A stretch of DNA of 15,213 nucleotides from assembly GCA_037446135.1 (NCBI GenBank), contig JBBIJD010000041.1:1-15213 (forward strand), read 5' to 3'. Of the stretch, positions 12,784-15,213 are shown in pieces (positions within the stretch are counted from its first letter, which is position 1; every line of letters starts with the position of its first letter). Below the pieces are notes generated by a model that made no database searches, was not told the origin of the DNA, and saw nothing but the letters and a program-made list of their open reading frames with translations. The stretch is from Candidatus Fraserbacteria bacterium. GTDB taxonomy: Bacteria; Bipolaricaulota; Bipolaricaulia; RBG-16-55-9; JANLFV01. Both the position numbers and the translations under genes were made by a program.

Positions 12784-13266
12784 TCAGCCCTCCAGGAGGG
12801 CGGCCAGCTTCTTCCGCCGCTCGTCTCTCTTCCTGCTCAACTCCGCCAGGGCCCGCGGCAGATCCGCGAGGAGGGGCTTGGCCCGCTCGGCCGCCGCGGC
12901 GTAGAACTCCTGGAGCTTGAGCTCAAACCCCATGGCCTCCCTCAAGGCAGCAGCATAATCCTGGTCAGCGGCCAAGGCTAATTCATATTCCTCCACTTTC
13001 AGCCCGGCGAAGGAGAAGCCGGTCTCGAGGGCGTCGCTCACCACCTCGGAGTAGACCCGCTCGACTAGGGCCTTGTTCCGCTTGCACTCCTTAGCCAAGG
13101 AGAGGAAGACCTCCCGGCCCTGGGGGTATCTCTCAGCCAGGAGCTCATAGGCCCTCGCTAGGTCCGCCTCGAGCTTAGCGGCGAACCGGACGAGTTCAGA
13201 GGCCGTCTTCAGCTCGATCGGGGGATCGTCCCTCGTGCTCTGCCCTTCCGGGTCCGTCGCTACCAT
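12784..13266 (-). CDS. Ferritin-like / rubrerythrin-like four-helix-bundle protein with degenerate di-iron site (160 aa)
   Basis: Start at ATG 13266 (TAATG overlap with the dehydrogenase stop). Two helix-pair repeats, FAAKLE...AYELLAE...FLSLAKECKRN and EAMGFE...FYAAAAE...LAELSRKRDER. Confidence 0.7.
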   Translation of the reverse strand: MVATDPEGQSTRDDPPIELKTASELVRFAAKLEADLARAYELLAERYPQGREVFLSLAKECKRNKALVERVYSEVVSDALETGFSFAGLKVEEYELALAADQDYAAALREAMGFELKLQEFYAAAAERAKPLLADLPRALAELSRKRDERRKKLAALLEG

Positions 13267-14783
13267 TAAAACCACCTCTGGATCACGACTTTCGCCTCGG
13301 TGAAGAACCGGATCGCCTCCCTCCCCTGGCCGTGGAGGACCCCGAAGAAGGATCCTTTCATCCCTCCAAAGGGGAAGAAGGCCATCGGGGCCGCGATCCC
13401 GATGTTGATCCCGACATTTCCGCATCGGACGGCGTATTGGAACTCCCGGGCCGACTTGCCGCTCGAGGTGAAGATGGCCGCGGCATTGCCGTAGGGGTTG
13501 GCATGGATCATCTCCAGGGCCTCCTCGAGATCCCCGGCCCGCAGGAGGCACGCGACCGGGCCGAAGATCTCCTCCTTCGCGATCGTCATCTCTGGGGTCA
13601 CCTCTGTGAAGACCGTCGGGCCGAGGAAGCAGGTCTCGGGATAATCCCCAATGAGCTCCACCTTCCGGCCATCGAGCCTCAGTTTGGCCCCCTCCTCCAG
13701 CCCCCTCTCGATATACCTTAAGACTCGTTCCTTCCCATCTTTCGACTGGAGTGGGCCCATCTGGACCGCCTCGTCCAGGCCGTAGCCGATTCTGATGGTA
13801 GAGGCGGCTGCGGCGAATCGGTCCAGGACTTTTTGGTAGAAGGCCCGATCGCCCACGATCACCAGGTTCGCCCCGGAGAGGCACCTCTGGCCGGTATTCC
13901 CGAAGAAGGAGGTGAGCAAGCTGGGGATGGTCCGCTCAAGGTCAGCATCGGGGAGCACGACCAAGAAATTCTTCGCCCCGCACTGGGCGATCACCCGCTT
14001 CCCCGCCTCCCCGCACCTCCTGTAGATCTCCCGTCCCACGGGTGTCGAGCCGACGAAGGTGATCCCCACGATATCGGGGTGAGCGATCAGGGCCGAGGCC
14101 ACCTCTGCCCCGCCGTGGACCAAGTTGAACACACCGGGCGGGAGGCCGGCCTCCTCGAGCAGCTCGGCCAGCTTGACCTGACTGATCGGGACCCGAGGTG
14201 AGGGCTTGACGATGAAGGTGTTCCCCGTGGCCAGGGCGTAGGGGAGGAACCATAGAGGGACCATGAAGGGGAAGTTGAATGGGGGGATGCAGGCAAAGAC
14301 CCCCAAGGGCTGATAGATGACATACTCATCTATCCCGGAGGCGATGTCTTCTAGGTTGGAGCCCATCATCAGGGATGGGATGCCGGTAGCGACCTCCACA
14401 TTCTCGATCCCTCTCCTGGTCTCGCCCCTCGACTCATCGATCGTCTTCCCATGTTCCATCGTCTGGACCCGGCTCAGCTCCTCGAAGTGCTCCTCTAAAA
14501 GTTCTTTGAGCCGGAAGAGGTAGCGAGCCCGGGCCAGAGGCGGGGTCCGCCGCCAATCGGGGAAGGCCTCCTTAGCCGCCTCAACTGCGGCATTCACTTC
14601 CTCTGCAGTCGAGATGGGGGCCCGCGCGATGAGCCTCCCAGTCGCAGGATTCACGATCTCTACTACCCGGTCCGACTCGGACTCGACCCACTCCCCGCCG
14701 ATGTAGTTCTTAAGCTCGAGTGGCTCCTTGATTGGTTCCTCCAGAAGCGCCATCTCCTTCCACTCCCTTCTCTTTCCACTCAC
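13266..14783 (-). CDS. mmsA: CoA-acylating (methyl)malonate-semialdehyde dehydrogenase (MmsA/IolA type)
   Basis: Motifs PFNFPFMVPLW, GNTFIVKPS, FVGSTPVG, GAKN (in place of ELGGK), GQRCL (catalytic Cys), EEIFGPV, GNAAAIFT and FGGMKGSFFG.LHGQG. The start is either GTG 14783 or ATG 14753. Confidence 0.92.
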   Translation of the reverse strand: MSGKRREWKEMALLEEPIKEPLELKNYIGGEWVESESDRVVEIVNPATGRLIARAPISTAEEVNAAVEAAKEAFPDWRRTPPLARARYLFRLKELLEEHFEELSRVQTMEHGKTIDESRGETRRGIENVEVATGIPSLMMGSNLEDIASGIDEYVIYQPLGVFACIPPFNFPFMVPLWFLPYALATGNTFIVKPSPRVPISQVKLAELLEEAGLPPGVFNLVHGGAEVASALIAHPDIVGITFVGSTPVGREIYRRCGEAGKRVIAQCGAKNFLVVLPDADLERTIPSLLTSFFGNTGQRCLSGANLVIVGDRAFYQKVLDRFAAAASTIRIGYGLDEAVQMGPLQSKDGKERVLRYIERGLEEGAKLRLDGRKVELIGDYPETCFLGPTVFTEVTPEMTIAKEEIFGPVACLLRAGDLEEALEMIHANPYGNAAAIFTSSGKSAREFQYAVRCGNVGINIGIAAPMAFFPFGGMKGSFFGVLHGQGREAIRFFTEAKVVIQRWF

Positions 14784-15213
14784 TTTGCTTCCCTGTCGGC
14801 GATCTCCAACACCTCATCGAGGATCTCGAGGCCCTCGTCGACCTCCTCCTCAGTGATGATCAGCGGCGGGGCGATGATGAAGTGGTTATACCAACTGGCC
14901 ACATAGAGTCCGCGCTTGAGCATCTCCTCCGCCAGCCTGCCCGTCAGGAGGGGCTTGAGGGCCGCCTTATCGGCCTTGGTGTTGAACGGCTCTTTGGTCT
15001 CCCTATTCCTTACCAGTTCTACGGCCCAGAAGTGGCCCAGCCCGCGGACATCCCCGATGGACTTGTGCCTTTCCATCAGCTCGCGGAGCCGACTCTCCAG
15101 GTGCTGGCTCACCCGCTGGGGGAGCCCTGAGGCCAGGAGCCTCTTGTATTCTGAGATCGCGGCGGGGATGGCCGCGACCGCCAAAGGGTGCATCGTGTAG
15201 GTATGGCCGTGGG
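14780..15213 (-). CDS. Class III PLP-dependent aminotransferase, C-terminal part (runs off window end)
   Basis: The frame is open to the window edge and reads HGHTYTMHPLAVAA. It also has IGDVRGLGHFWAVELV and IIAPPLIITEEEVDEGLEILD. Confidence 0.93.
   Translation of the reverse strand, partial: HGHTYTMHPLAVAAIPAAISEYKRLLASGLPQRVSQHLESRLRELMERHKSIGDVRGLGHFWAVELVRNRETKEPFNTKADKAALKPLLTGRLAEEMLKRGLYVASWYNHFIIAPPLIITEEEVDEGLEILDEVLEIADREAK

Noticed and set aside
13267..13884. N-terminal 206 aa of ORF-track 12784..13884
   Set aside because: This is an alternative frame inside the dehydrogenase gene with low-complexity G/R/P composition. The plausible protein starts at the coupled ATG 13266.

Overview
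GC-rich bacterial chromosomal window with no rRNA, tRNA, CRISPR array, transposase or integrase that I can see. From left to right: (i) a leftward two-gene unit, a 65-aa hypothetical plus a window-truncated Rad52/22-family single-strand annealing protein that the ORF track misses, divergent from ruvX/yqgF; (ii) two convergent secreted proteins built almost entirely of repeats and sharing a 13-bp hairpin, one with 3x PPC-like domains plus 7x LVIVD repeats and one a 1667-aa right-handed beta-helix with an ~89-aa super-period; (iii) prfB with a programmed +1 frameshift (true start at 10081), followed by a TauE/SafE exporter; (iv) rsmI convergent on a YkuK-type RNase H-like gene; (v) a promoter-bearing small lipoprotein ORF overlapping the 3' end of tsaE; (vi) a leftward operon of class III aminotransferase (truncated), CoA-acylating (methyl)malonate-semialdehyde dehydrogenase, degenerate ferritin-like protein, RNase Z-like MBL hydrolase and tsaE. 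Three divergent sigma70-type promoter pairs are readable, and several genes look leaderless or short-leader. All family calls rest on motif recognition, not on database searches.
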